A DNA stretch of 64,000 bases from Peptococcia bacterium (GCA_050951565.1 JBMNJH010000012.1:63141-127140), one strand, 5' to 3'. Shown: positions 1-9,463, counted from the stretch's first letter. Numbers and translations are program-made. Notes: generated by a model not told the origin, from the letters alone.

Positions 1-1
1 A

Positions 2-823
2 GCTCCCAAAGAGCAAGTAGCAGAAAGTATGGAGGAAAACTACGGGGAATATGTTGCGCCCGCTTTGCTTGAACAATGGAAGCAAGACCCGCAAAAGGCC
101 CCGGGCAGGCTTACTTCCAGCCCTTGGCCGGATCAGATCGAAATATTGAACATGAACAAAGTTTCGGAGGAAGCCTATCATGTAAAAGGTGAAATTATCG
201 AGGTTACCAATGTGGAAAAAGAAAGCGGGGAAGTTGCCGCGAAAAGAGAAATTAATCTCACCGTGGTAAAAATCGATGAACGGTGGTTCATTAACAGCGT
301 TGAACTGGGAGATTACGTGGAGGGCGACGGTGCCCTCAATAACGGTACTGATAACGATAGCGCTGCCGCTAATACTAATACTAATACTAATGGTAATGCT
401 AATGCTAATACCGGAAGCAAGCTCTCCCTGGTGTATAAAAACGAGCAATATGGGTTCAGTTTTGCTCTGCCCGAGAGTTGGAAAAACTACAAGATTATCA
501 CTGAGGAATGGGAGGGGAGATGGTTAGAAGACGCTCCCGAGGGTAAAAATGTGGAGAAAGGTCCGCTGATTTCCATTCGCCATCCTCTTTGGACAGAAAA
601 AAACCCGCGGCAGGATATCCCCATGCTCATTCTTACGCATCAGCAATGGAACTCTGTGCAGCAGGAAATACTCGCGATCGGAGCGGCGCCTGTTCCGCCA
701 TCTAAATTAGGCAGTAATGACAAGTACGTTTTTGCCTTGCCCGCCCGTTATAACTACGCTTTTCCCGAAGGATTCGAAGAAGTGGAGGACATTTTAGCCA
801 GCAATCCCCTGCAAACGAACTAA
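2..823 (+). CDS. hypothetical protein, probably 5'-partial, with an Asn/Thr-rich low-complexity linker
   Basis: The frame is open from nt 2 with no upstream stop, so the ATG at 29 may be internal. It has a globular C-terminal part and an NTNTNTNGNANANTG linker. No recognisable family. Confidence 0.5.
   Translation, partial: APKEQVAESMEENYGEYVAPALLEQWKQDPQKAPGRLTSSPWPDQIEILNMNKVSEEAYHVKGEIIEVTNVEKESGEVAAKREINLTVVKIDERWFINSVELGDYVEGDGALNNGTDNDSAAANTNTNTNGNANANTGSKLSLVYKNEQYGFSFALPESWKNYKIITEEWEGRWLEDAPEGKNVEKGPLISIRHPLWTEKNPRQDIPMLILTHQQWNSVQQEILAIGAAPVPPSKLGSNDKYVFALPARYNYAFPEGFEEVEDILASNPLQTN
371..412 (+). repeat. imperfect hexanucleotide microsatellite (aatact/aatgct/aatggt) encoding the (N-T/A/G)n linker
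   Basis: Read directly: aatactaatactaatactaatggtaatgctaatgctaatacc. Confidence 0.8.
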
Positions 824-919
824 TTGATAATTTTAGACCTGCTGAGGTAAAGTGACATAAGTAAGTCGCATAAGCATAAAAGCGCAGCGATGGTCCAAAA
901 TATATGGTAAGGATACAAA

Positions 920-947
920 GGCAGTAATATCGCAAGGTATTACTGCC
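920..947 (+). terminator. candidate hairpin downstream of the first CDS (10-bp perfect stem, 8-nt loop)
   Basis: ggcagtaata-tcgcaagg-tattactgcc. The T-run (ggttttttt) starts about 20 nt later, so this is not a textbook intrinsic terminator. Confidence 0.3.
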
Positions 948-1022
948 CAAACTATTTAAAAGAGGTTTTTTTGCAGGAGAATTACCGAAGAAAAATTCCA
1001 GAAGAAGGAGAATGATTGCTTG

Positions 1023-2723
1023 ATGGCGGAAAATGTTTTGGAAAGAACCGAAGGGCGGGTCAGTTATCATGATTCGGTGGAAGCGATGCTGAAAAGAATC
1101 AAAGAGGATGGGCTTTCCAGCGTCTTTTCCAGGTGGCCGGTCCAGGAAAAGCTGCGGTGTAGTTTTTGCTTGCAGGGTCTGAGCTGCCAGTTATGCACCC
1201 ATGGGCCTTGCCGGATCAGCGATAAGGTGGCGGGCGCGGACAAAGGGGTGTGCGGTATTGGGCCTGATGCCATGGCTATGCGGAATTTGCTCATGCGTAA
1301 TATTATGGGCGCCGCAACCTATGCCCATCATGCTTTTGAAGCCTTTCGCACCTTGAAAGCCACCGGAGAAGGAAAAACTCCTTTTACCATCGGCGATGTG
1401 GGCAAACTGAAATGGATGTGTGAAAAGGTGGGCATCGACCCCAATCAGGAGACGAAGCAACTGGCGATTCAATTGGCGGAATTGCTGGATCGGGAATTAA
1501 AAATCAATCCGGACCAGGAAAGCATCATGCTGGAGGCCTTTGCCCCGAAGAAGCGCAAAGTTTTGTGGCGGGAGAAGGAGCTTTATCCTTCCGGGGTACA
1601 GCATGAGGTGGAAAACAGTATTGCCAGTTGCCTTACCAATGTGGACGGGGACTTTGTGTCCCTGGCCCGAAAAGCCCTGCGTTTGGGGATCGCAACCATT
1701 TATACGGCTCAAATCGGCCTGGAAATGGTGCAGGATATTCTTTTTGGGACTCCCATGCCCCACCAGGTCGATGTTGACCTGGGCATTATGGATCCTGATT
1801 ATGTCAACATCGTTTTCAATGGACATCAACCCTGGATTGGGGTGGCCACCCTGCAAAAAGTGCGGCAGCCCGCCTACCAGGAGCGGGCCCAAAAGGCAGG
1901 AGCCAAGGGGATCCATATTGTTGGTTCCATCGAAACAGGACAGGAGTTAGTTCAAAGATTCCCGGTGGACGACGTTTTTGTGGGTTTGATGGGAAACTGG
2001 CTATCGCTCGAACCACTTTTGGCCACCGGCGCGGTGGATGCCTTAGTGATGGAAGAAAACTGTTCGCCGCCGGCGATTGACCAGTATGCGGAAAAATACC
2101 AGTTTGCTTTGTTCTACCGGGAACTGGGCGTGGAATTAAACACGATTAAAGCCTTGCTCACGTCTCCCTCTTTTGATAAGACCGCCGCTTTGCGTGAACA
2201 CCATGCCAAACTCCTGGCGAAAAAGGCGCGTCTGGAACTATTGATTGCCAACGTGGAAAAATCCATTGCGGCGGCGGAGGGGAGGATTAGGATGTCGGAC
2301 CAGGAGAAGTTTGAGGGCTTTAAGAAAAAATTGCTGGAAGAAAACGAAGCCCAATACGGGCGGGAGAGTAGAGAAAAGTACGGGGAAGAAGCGGTTCGCC
2401 GGTCCAACCAAAAGTTCATGGAGATGACCGAAGAGCAATATGCCAAACTCCAGGAATTGACCGAGCGGCTCAATGATACCTTAAAGCAGGCCATGGTCAC
2501 CGGCGATCCGGCCGGAGACTTGGCCCAAAAGGCTTGTGCACTGCACAAAGAATGGTTGCTTTACTTTTGGCCGAAGTATTCAAAAGAAGCGCATTGGGGG
2601 CTGGCTCAAATGTACGTGGATGGCCCTCGTTTTACCGCCTACTATGACCAGATTGCTCCGGGTTGTGCCGTGTTTTTACGCGATGCCCTGCGGATTTATA
2701 CGGGAGCAAAGGGAGGAGAATAA
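1023..2723 (+). CDS. chimeric ORF: N-terminal ~360 aa of a CooS-type Ni-CO dehydrogenase homologue fused in frame to the C-terminal part of a MerR/TipA-type regulator (dimerisation helix plus TipAS domain). Likely a deletion remnant or pseudogene
   Basis: The N-terminus has the CooS-like Cys cluster CSFCLQGLSCQLCTHGPCRI..VCG and ILFGTP..NGHQP. From 'FALFYRELGVELN' onward it matches the MerR wing and coiled coil, then a TipAS-like domain (MSDQEKFEGF...YVDGPRFTAYYD). The track starts at TTG 1020; ATG 1023 is preferred. Confidence 0.7.
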   Translation: MAENVLERTEGRVSYHDSVEAMLKRIKEDGLSSVFSRWPVQEKLRCSFCLQGLSCQLCTHGPCRISDKVAGADKGVCGIGPDAMAMRNLLMRNIMGAATYAHHAFEAFRTLKATGEGKTPFTIGDVGKLKWMCEKVGIDPNQETKQLAIQLAELLDRELKINPDQESIMLEAFAPKKRKVLWREKELYPSGVQHEVENSIASCLTNVDGDFVSLARKALRLGIATIYTAQIGLEMVQDILFGTPMPHQVDVDLGIMDPDYVNIVFNGHQPWIGVATLQKVRQPAYQERAQKAGAKGIHIVGSIETGQELVQRFPVDDVFVGLMGNWLSLEPLLATGAVDALVMEENCSPPAIDQYAEKYQFALFYRELGVELNTIKALLTSPSFDKTAALREHHAKLLAKKARLELLIANVEKSIAAAEGRIRMSDQEKFEGFKKKLLEENEAQYGRESREKYGEEAVRRSNQKFMEMTEEQYAKLQELTERLNDTLKQAMVTGDPAGDLAQKACALHKEWLLYFWPKYSKEAHWGLAQMYVDGPRFTAYYDQIAPGCAVFLRDALRIYTGAKGGE

Positions 2724-2905
2724 GCCGGCTCATCCCGGATCAAGCAGTCGGAAAAGTAATGACGCTCTGCACTTTGACTGTTACCCTTTCCAACGGTCAA
2801 TTTTAGTGCATCGGGGCCCGAAATCAGTTATAATAATATTTGTTGTATTGCCAACAACTCGAGTAATTAAGTCGAGTGCTTCAGTGAAAGGTAGGGCTCC
2901 TGGTT

Positions 2906-3646
2906 ATGAATACCCGCAAAACCGCCATTATCACCGGCGCATCCCGGGGGATTGGCCGGAAAACCGCCGAGCTATTTGCCCTTAACGGATACAATGTGCT
3001 GATTAATTTCCGCCATTCGCAGCAGGCGGCGGAACAACTCCAAAAGGAATTAAGACAAGCCGGGGCCAAGGTGGAAATTTTCCGGGCCGATGTGGGAAAT
3101 TATGATGAGGCCCGGGCGATGGTGGATTTTTGTTTGGACCGTTTTGGCGCGGTGGACGTTTTGGTCAACAACGCGGCCATCAGCCAGAGCAAATTGTTTA
3201 CCGAGCTGACGCCGGCCGAATGGCAGGAAATGATGAGGGTGATTTTGAACGGGGTTTTCAACTGCACCCAGCATGCTTTAAAGCACATGCTGCGGGAGAA
3301 TCGGGGGAAGATTATCAACCTGTCTTCGATTTGGGGGATTGCCGGAGCGTCTTGTGAAGTGCATTATTCAACGGCCAAGGCGGGTATCATCGGCTTTACC
3401 AAGGCTTTAGCCAAAGAGATGGGCCCTTCCAATATTCAGGTAAATTGTGTGGCCCCCGGCGTAATCGAGACGGATATGCTCAATGAGTATACGGAGGAGG
3501 ATTTGGAGGCGCTGCGGCAGGAGACCCTGGTGAAGCGACTGGGCAGCCCCCAGGACATTGCGCAGGTGATTTTGTTTCTGGCTTCGGAAAAGGCGGACTA
3601 TATTACCGGCCAGGTAATCAGCCCCGACGGAGGCTTTTTGCTCTAA
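2906..3646 (+). CDS. short-chain dehydrogenase/reductase, FabG-like 3-oxoacyl-ACP reductase family
   Basis: TGASRGIG cofactor motif, NNAA, and the S...YSTAK catalytic motif. 246 aa. Confidence 0.85.
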   Translation: MNTRKTAIITGASRGIGRKTAELFALNGYNVLINFRHSQQAAEQLQKELRQAGAKVEIFRADVGNYDEARAMVDFCLDRFGAVDVLVNNAAISQSKLFTELTPAEWQEMMRVILNGVFNCTQHALKHMLRENRGKIINLSSIWGIAGASCEVHYSTAKAGIIGFTKALAKEMGPSNIQVNCVAPGVIETDMLNEYTEEDLEALRQETLVKRLGSPQDIAQVILFLASEKADYITGQVISPDGGFLL

Positions 3647-3736
3647 GGTGGAAAAGGGAAAGCGAAAAGTAAAAAAGTGACCGGGAATAGGAAGTAGAGA
3701 AAAGAGAGCAGGAAAAAGAAAGAAGTGGGAGAGGGA

Positions 3737-5365
3737 ATGGAAAGTAGAAACGCAAAGGAAGAAAAAATAAACAAACCGGTGCGAGTACGGTTTGCGCCTA
3801 GTCCTACCGGCTATTTGCATATTGGCGGGGCACGGACGGCTTTGTTCAACTGGCTTTTTGCCCGGCAAAACCAGGGAACCTTTGTCTTGCGGATTGAAGA
3901 TACGGATACGGAACGATTAAAAGAAGATTCGGTGGCGCAGATCCTGAACAGCCTCCGTTGGCTGGGTCTGGACTGGGACGAAGGGCCGGATGTGGGCGGA
4001 GCTTACGGGCCATATTACCAGTCGGAGCGGCAAAGCTTCTACCAGGCCGCCGCTGCCGCTTTGTTAAAAGAGGGAAAAGCCTATTACTGTTTTTGCAGCG
4101 AGGAAGAATTGGCTAAGGAGCGGGAAAAACAACGCCAGGCGGGACAAACCATTCGTTACAGCGGGAAATGTCGCCACTTATCGGATCAAGAGGTACAGGA
4201 AGGTCTGGCCCGGGGCGATAAACCGGTGGTGCGGATTAAGCTGCCGGAAAAAGGCGCCATTGTCGTGCAGGATTTAATCCGGGGCGCGGTGACTTTCCAA
4301 TTTGAACAGTTGGATGATTTTATTATCATGAAATCCAATGGCTTGCCGGCCTATAACTTTGCTTGTGTGGTGGATGACCATACCATGGCCATCAGTCATG
4401 TCATCCGGGCGGAAGAACACCTGTCCAATACACCCAAGCAGCAATTCCTTTATGAGGCTTTGGGTTATCCGGTGCCCCAATTTGCCCATCTTTCCATGAT
4501 CCTGGCGCCGGACCGCAGTAAACTGAGCAAGCGGCACGGGGCCACCAGTGTCAGCGAATTCCGGGAGATGGGCTGCCTGCCGGAAGCCATCGTCAATTAC
4601 TTAACGCTGCTGGGTTGGTCGCCCAGTGAAGAGGAAGGCGAAATCCTGACTCCGGAGCAGACCCTGCGGTCGTTCTCCCTGGAGAAGGTCTCGAAGACGG
4701 CGGCCATCTATGATACGCAGAAATTAATCTGGTTAAATGGCCAGTATCTGATGAACTACGCGCCGGAGAAGCTGTTGCCGCAAGCGTTACCCTATTTGCT
4801 GGAGACCGGTTTGGTGGCCGACCCAAAGGAAGCGGAGCAAAAACAGGCCTTGCTGGTGGCGGTGCTGGCCGCTTTTCAGGGAAGAGTAAAAACCTTAGCG
4901 GAGTTGCCGGAAGCCTGCCGGTATTTCTTTACCGATGTTGGTTCCTACGACGAAAAAGGGCAACAGAAGTATTTCTTTAAGCAAAGCGCCGGTTCCGGCG
5001 CAGGTGCGGGTTCCGGTGGTGCAGATGGTGGTTCGGGTGCAGTCACCAGTACCGGCTCAACTGCAAATGCCGGCTACGATGTGGCGGACTTATTAAGGAA
5101 AGGGCGGGATTGCCTGGCTGAGCTGACGGAATTTACCGTGGAAAGAACAGAAAAAGCCTATCGTGATTTGATTGAAAAACTCCAAATCAAATCCGGTCAG
5201 TTAATTCATCCGACCAGGCTCGCTCTGACGGGGCGGACGGCCAGTCCCGGCTTGTTTGAAGTAATGGCCTTATTAGGTAAAGAAAAGTGCCTGGAGCGTT
5301 TGGAGCAGGCGATTGAATACATTGAATACATTAGAGAGCATAAGAACGAGGAAGAGGGAGATTAG
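3737..5365 (+). CDS. gltX: glutamate--tRNA ligase
   Basis: RFAPSPTGYLHIGGARTALFNW (HIGH) and KLSKRHG (KMSKS). ATG 3737 follows gggagaggga; the track starts at GTG 3725. Contains a Gly/Ser/Ala-rich insertion. Confidence 0.93.
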   Translation: MESRNAKEEKINKPVRVRFAPSPTGYLHIGGARTALFNWLFARQNQGTFVLRIEDTDTERLKEDSVAQILNSLRWLGLDWDEGPDVGGAYGPYYQSERQSFYQAAAAALLKEGKAYYCFCSEEELAKEREKQRQAGQTIRYSGKCRHLSDQEVQEGLARGDKPVVRIKLPEKGAIVVQDLIRGAVTFQFEQLDDFIIMKSNGLPAYNFACVVDDHTMAISHVIRAEEHLSNTPKQQFLYEALGYPVPQFAHLSMILAPDRSKLSKRHGATSVSEFREMGCLPEAIVNYLTLLGWSPSEEEGEILTPEQTLRSFSLEKVSKTAAIYDTQKLIWLNGQYLMNYAPEKLLPQALPYLLETGLVADPKEAEQKQALLVAVLAAFQGRVKTLAELPEACRYFFTDVGSYDEKGQQKYFFKQSAGSGAGAGSGGADGGSGAVTSTGSTANAGYDVADLLRKGRDCLAELTEFTVERTEKAYRDLIEKLQIKSGQLIHPTRLALTGRTASPGLFEVMALLGKEKCLERLEQAIEYIEYIREHKNEEEGD

Positions 5366-5467
5366 GCAACCTAGCCCACGAAAAACCGACCTATGATTGA
5401 TAATAACGCGTAATTTCTTCTTGCATTTCGTTGCTTCTACCTGTATAATTAACTTTGTTTCTTTTGT

Positions 5468-5544
5468 GGCCCCATGGTCAAGAGGCCTAAGACGCCGCCC
5501 TCTCACGGCGGAAACAGGGGTTCGAATCCCCTTGGGGCCACCAC
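5468..5544 (+). tRNA. tRNA-Glu (anticodon CTC), with encoded CCA
   Basis: Acceptor GGCCCCA/TGGGGCC. Anticodon arm CCGCC-CTCTCAC-GGCGG. T-arm AGGGG-TTCGAAT-CCCCT. Folded by hand. Confidence 0.85.
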
Positions 5545-5566
5545 CAAAATGAAATCGTGTAATATT

Positions 5567-5604
5567 AAAACCCGCTTTTTTGTTAAAGCGGGTTTTATTG
5601 TTTT
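5567..5604. terminator. bidirectional intrinsic terminator between tRNA-Glu and the convergent lipoprotein gene
   Basis: aaacccgcttt-tttgtt-aaagcgggttt, flanked by an A-run and a T-run. Confidence 0.6.
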
Positions 5605-5687
5605 GGCTGATGACCTTTGGATGCTTTTTCGACTAAAAAGTGAAGTTATTGTCGCAGGAATAATTCGTTGCGCCAGTTTGGCAGCAG

Positions 5688-6467
5688 TTAGTTGTCGACG
5701 GGTTTGCCGGTTCGGCCGGCGATTAACCGATTTTCCCCGGTCTCGAGATTGTATTGATAAACCGCTTCATTGGTGCTATAAGACTCGTCGCTTAACACCC
5801 AGTCTTTTTTGATGTATTCGATGGTCTGCTCGTCAATCCATTTATTGGCCAGGTAATCAGTGCCATCTGTGCCACTGAATAATACTGTGCTTTTTTTCGT
5901 GTGAAGATCATAAAGCACCAGGTCGAAAATATTGGGATCAATCGTAATGGTGTTTTTGATTTCCGATTGATTCTCGTTAAGACCGGTGTAGATTAATTGA
6001 TTTCCTTCCGGGGAAAAGAAAAGGGTTTCATAGTAATCGAAGCTGTCAACAAAGGCTGCATCGGCGGTAAATAAGTGACCAAGCCTGATCACATAGGTGC
6101 CTGAATCGGCGAAGATGTATTTACTGTTGGGTGACCATACTAATTCAGCGACATGAAACAATTCGCGTTCCGACTGGATCGGAGAACTTTCCCCTACAGG
6201 CCATATATGAAGGAAAACCGGTTTGTCGAATTCTTCTTCGGTTTGGCCTTTGAGATAGGCAATATATTTTTTATCGGTTGATTGGGTAATAAAAGTAACA
6301 TCGTCTTGGGCTCTGAGCTGTTGGATAATATACTCCACGGAGAATTGCTCCGTAGCGTTGTTGGCCGTGCCGTTATTGGCGGCCTCGTTGTTTGCGCCAA
6401 AACATCCGCTTAACCCTAAGACCAGGGTCATGAAAAAACAAAGTAAAACGATTCTTTTCAAGTTCAA
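5688..6467 (-). CDS. lipoprotein with PD40/TolB-like beta-propeller-type repeats, function unknown
   Basis: Lipobox LSGC after a hydrophobic signal, an Asn-rich linker, and motifs WSPNSKYIF and FSPEGNQLIY. Confidence 0.6.
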   Translation of the reverse strand: MNLKRIVLLCFFMTLVLGLSGCFGANNEAANNGTANNATEQFSVEYIIQQLRAQDDVTFITQSTDKKYIAYLKGQTEEEFDKPVFLHIWPVGESSPIQSERELFHVAELVWSPNSKYIFADSGTYVIRLGHLFTADAAFVDSFDYYETLFFSPEGNQLIYTGLNENQSEIKNTITIDPNIFDLVLYDLHTKKSTVLFSGTDGTDYLANKWIDEQTIEYIKKDWVLSDESYSTNEAVYQYNLETGENRLIAGRTGKPVDN

Positions 6468-6600
6468 TTCCCCCCTAATCTCCAGATTCTCAAAATCAAT
6501 CGGTAGTAGTGATTTTTAAATCTCTTACCACCCCCGCCTTAAATTCTTGTGGATTATCAGTTAAAGGAATAAGTTCTTCATTCCTTTCATTTTTCCTTTT

Positions 6601-8631
6601 CTATTGACCCAGACCAAGGAGCAGGCCTCCCTGGTAGACCAGGAAAGCCACGAACCAGGCCAGGGCAAAGGTGTAAAGAACCGCAAAAATTGTCCATTTC
6701 CAGGAGCCGGTTTCCGCCTTAATCGCGCCAATCGTTCCCGCACAAGGGATATAGATTAAAGTCATCACCATGAAACTGTACGCGCTTAAGGGTGTCCAAT
6801 GCAAGGCCAGTACGGCCGACAGGCTTTCTTGCCCCGTACCGTAAAGAACGCCGAGGGTGCTGACCACCACTTCTTTGGCGACGACCCCGAAGAGCAGCGC
6901 CGAGGCCGCTTCTCTCGTCCCAAAACCAAGGGGAGCAAAAAGCGGAGCCAGCAGGGAACCTAATTTACCCATGAAACTATCCGGACTGGCATATTCTACC
7001 CCCCAGGGGAAATAGGCGAGAGCCCAGGCAATCATCACGACACTAAAGATTACCGTCCCTACTTTTCTAAAGAAAGCGACGCTTTTTCTTTCGATTTGAA
7101 TGAAGGTATCTTTTAAGGTCGGCAGGCGGTAGGGAGGCAACTCAATTAAGAGGGGCGAAGTCTCCCCGGGGAAGAAAAACCGAGCAAAAATTTTGGCCAT
7201 GATAACTGCAAGGAGAATCCCCAACAGGTAAAGGGAAAACATTACCACTGCCTGGTATGCTTTGAAAAATGCGCCTACAAACAGGGCATATACGGGCAGC
7301 CGCGCCCCGCAGGACATCAGCGGGAGAATTAAAATGGTAATCAGGCGGTCCCGGGGATTTCTCAGGGTCCTGGCCGCCAAAATGGCCGGAACATTGCAGC
7401 CAAAGCCCATCACCAGCGGGATAATGGCTTTTCCCTCCAAGCCAAGATAGCGCATATAGCGATCCATCAAAAAGGCCCCGCGGGCCATATAGCCACTGTT
7501 TTCCAACAGGGAAATCGCCAGGAACAAACAAATAATCACCGGCAGGAAAATAATAATGCTTCCTAACCCGCCGATTATTCCTTCGACCACAAAAGAAGCC
7601 AGTAAATCGTGGGTAATCAGCCCAGACAATTGATTTCCCAGGAAAGCAAAAATATCTTCTAACAAGCTAACAAGGGGACTGCTTAAGGTGAAGGTAATTT
7701 TAAAAACCACCAGAATCGCTAGAAAAAAGAGGGGCAATCCGATGTATTTATTGAGGACGATACGGTCGATTTTATCGGAAAGGGTATAAGTGCCCGCCAG
7801 GTCGGGGCTGTCCACCACCTGTTGCAGGACTGTGTTGATGTATTGATATCTTTTCTCGATAAACATTGCCGCAAGGTTTTCACCATAGATTTTTTTAAGC
7901 CGGTTCATGCTTTGCTTCCGGAAAGCCAGCAGGTTGTGGAAAATCTTTTCACACAGTTCGGCCTTCATCTGCATCGTCTTGAGGAAATTCTCGCCTTCTT
8001 CCAACAGTTTCAGCGCCAGAAAGCGCAAGGGATAGGAAGAAGGGGTGAGGCCCATCGTGAGGATGGCTTCTTCCAGGGTCCTGATTTCCGCTTCAATTTC
8101 CGGGCCGTAATCAAGGGAAAAACCATGTTCCGGCGGGGCTTGTTCGGCGGTGGCCACGCGCACCAGGTCCCCAAGCCCCATTTTTGTTCTGGCGATGGTG
8201 GGGACAATCGGCACTTTGAGCAGATAAGACAGTTTCGTGACGTTGATCTTGATCGCGTTTTTTTCGATCTCGTCCATCATGTTTAAAGCGACGATGACCG
8301 GGACGCCCATTTCCAGCAGTTGCACCGTCAAGTAAAGGTTCCGCTGCAGGTTGGTGGCATCCAGCACGTTGATGACGGCATGGGGTTTTTCCAGCAGCAG
8401 ATAATTGCGCGCTACCAGTTCGTCTTCCGACTGGGAGCCCATGCTGTAAATGCCCGGCAAATCAATGATGGTAACGTGGGGATGATTGATCAGGGGACCT
8501 TCTTTTTTTTCAATCGTAACCCCCGGCCAATTGCCGACTTTTTGCTTGGCCCCGGTTAAATTATTAAACAAAGAGGTTTTTCCTGTATTGGGATTTCCGA
8601 TTAAGGCAATCGTTTTTTCTGTCGTGGTCAT
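6601..8631 (-). CDS. feoB: ferrous iron transporter FeoB
   Basis: N-terminal G-domain IALIGNPNTGKTSLFN followed by a polytopic membrane domain. 676 aa. Confidence 0.95.
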   Translation of the reverse strand: MTTTEKTIALIGNPNTGKTSLFNNLTGAKQKVGNWPGVTIEKKEGPLINHPHVTIIDLPGIYSMGSQSEDELVARNYLLLEKPHAVINVLDATNLQRNLYLTVQLLEMGVPVIVALNMMDEIEKNAIKINVTKLSYLLKVPIVPTIARTKMGLGDLVRVATAEQAPPEHGFSLDYGPEIEAEIRTLEEAILTMGLTPSSYPLRFLALKLLEEGENFLKTMQMKAELCEKIFHNLLAFRKQSMNRLKKIYGENLAAMFIEKRYQYINTVLQQVVDSPDLAGTYTLSDKIDRIVLNKYIGLPLFFLAILVVFKITFTLSSPLVSLLEDIFAFLGNQLSGLITHDLLASFVVEGIIGGLGSIIIFLPVIICLFLAISLLENSGYMARGAFLMDRYMRYLGLEGKAIIPLVMGFGCNVPAILAARTLRNPRDRLITILILPLMSCGARLPVYALFVGAFFKAYQAVVMFSLYLLGILLAVIMAKIFARFFFPGETSPLLIELPPYRLPTLKDTFIQIERKSVAFFRKVGTVIFSVVMIAWALAYFPWGVEYASPDSFMGKLGSLLAPLFAPLGFGTREAASALLFGVVAKEVVVSTLGVLYGTGQESLSAVLALHWTPLSAYSFMVMTLIYIPCAGTIGAIKAETGSWKWTIFAVLYTFALAWFVAFLVYQGGLLLGLGQ

Positions 8632-8703
8632 TGTTTCTTCTCCTTAGGGTAATGTATCGTAGTGATGAAAGTTGTTGCGCGTTGAACGAAGAAAATACAG
8701 GGT

Positions 8704-8943
8704 TTAGCCGGCCTTTTCCACGAGAATTTTGCTGGCCATTTGACGGCCCAGGGCGATTCGGCTGCTGGAGAGGGCAATCAGCACCGGACCCCATCCGTCA
8801 TTACGCACGATGTTGATTTGGGTGCCGCGGTTAAGCCCCATTTCATTGAGTCTTCTTTTTAAGCTGCTTCCGCCGGCGATTTCTTTGATGATGACCTTTT
8901 CGCCAGGTCGCATTGTAATTAAGGATTGTTGTTTTTCGCTCAT
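8704..8943 (-). CDS. feoA: FeoA-family iron transport protein
   Basis: 79 aa with an SH3-like FeoA pattern (GEKVIIKEI..RRLNEMGL..G), located directly upstream of feoB. Confidence 0.85.
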   Translation of the reverse strand: MSEKQQSLITMRPGEKVIIKEIAGGSSLKRRLNEMGLNRGTQINIVRNDGWGPVLIALSSSRIALGRQMASKILVEKAG

Positions 8944-9025
8944 TTTACGTCACCTCAGTTTTGTGTGGATGTTAAAGCAGAGTAGTGATGAATCGAACAA
9001 GGATGATTTAGTGACAATAAAAAGC

Positions 9026-9463
9026 TTACAGATCGGACTTAAGTAATTCGGCAGCTTTTTTAAGGTCAAGGTCGCTGCTGATTTGGTAGTTGCCTTTTTC
9101 CAGAAAAGCAATCATACCGGCAATGGTTTGGGGACTAATGACATGTTCGATTAAGCAGGCATCTTTGTTGGCGATATCGGCATCTACTTGCAATACGGTC
9201 ACCAGGAATTCGCGGATGATTTTGTGCATCTTTTTCACTTTTAACGCGGCCAGTTCGCCTTTTTTGGTCAGCGAAACAGGGCCGTATTTTTCTTTCAGCA
9301 CCATTTTTTCATTAATCAAAGTATCAATGGCTTGGGTTGCGCTTGCTTTGGTAATATTAAGAGCGTTGGCGATATCCGTAATGCGCGTGGAATGATTGTT
9401 TTCCGATAGTTGAAGAATTACCTCCAGATAGTCCTGGGTCGAGGGTGTAAGTGCTTTACTCAT
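9026..9463 (-). CDS. DtxR/MntR-family metal-dependent transcriptional repressor (no SH3-like C-domain)
   Basis: Has QDYLEVI, a winged HTH (ITDIANALNITKASATQAI) and a metal-site/dimerisation region. First gene of the dtxR-feoA-feoB string. Confidence 0.85.
   Translation of the reverse strand: MSKALTPSTQDYLEVILQLSENNHSTRITDIANALNITKASATQAIDTLINEKMVLKEKYGPVSLTKKGELAALKVKKMHKIIREFLVTVLQVDADIANKDACLIEHVISPQTIAGMIAFLEKGNYQISSDLDLKKAAELLKSDL

Noticed and set aside
3647-3736. T-box leader upstream of gltX.
   Set aside because: The region is too short (about 90 nt), is purine-only, and has no specifier-loop, T-box or antiterminator sequence.
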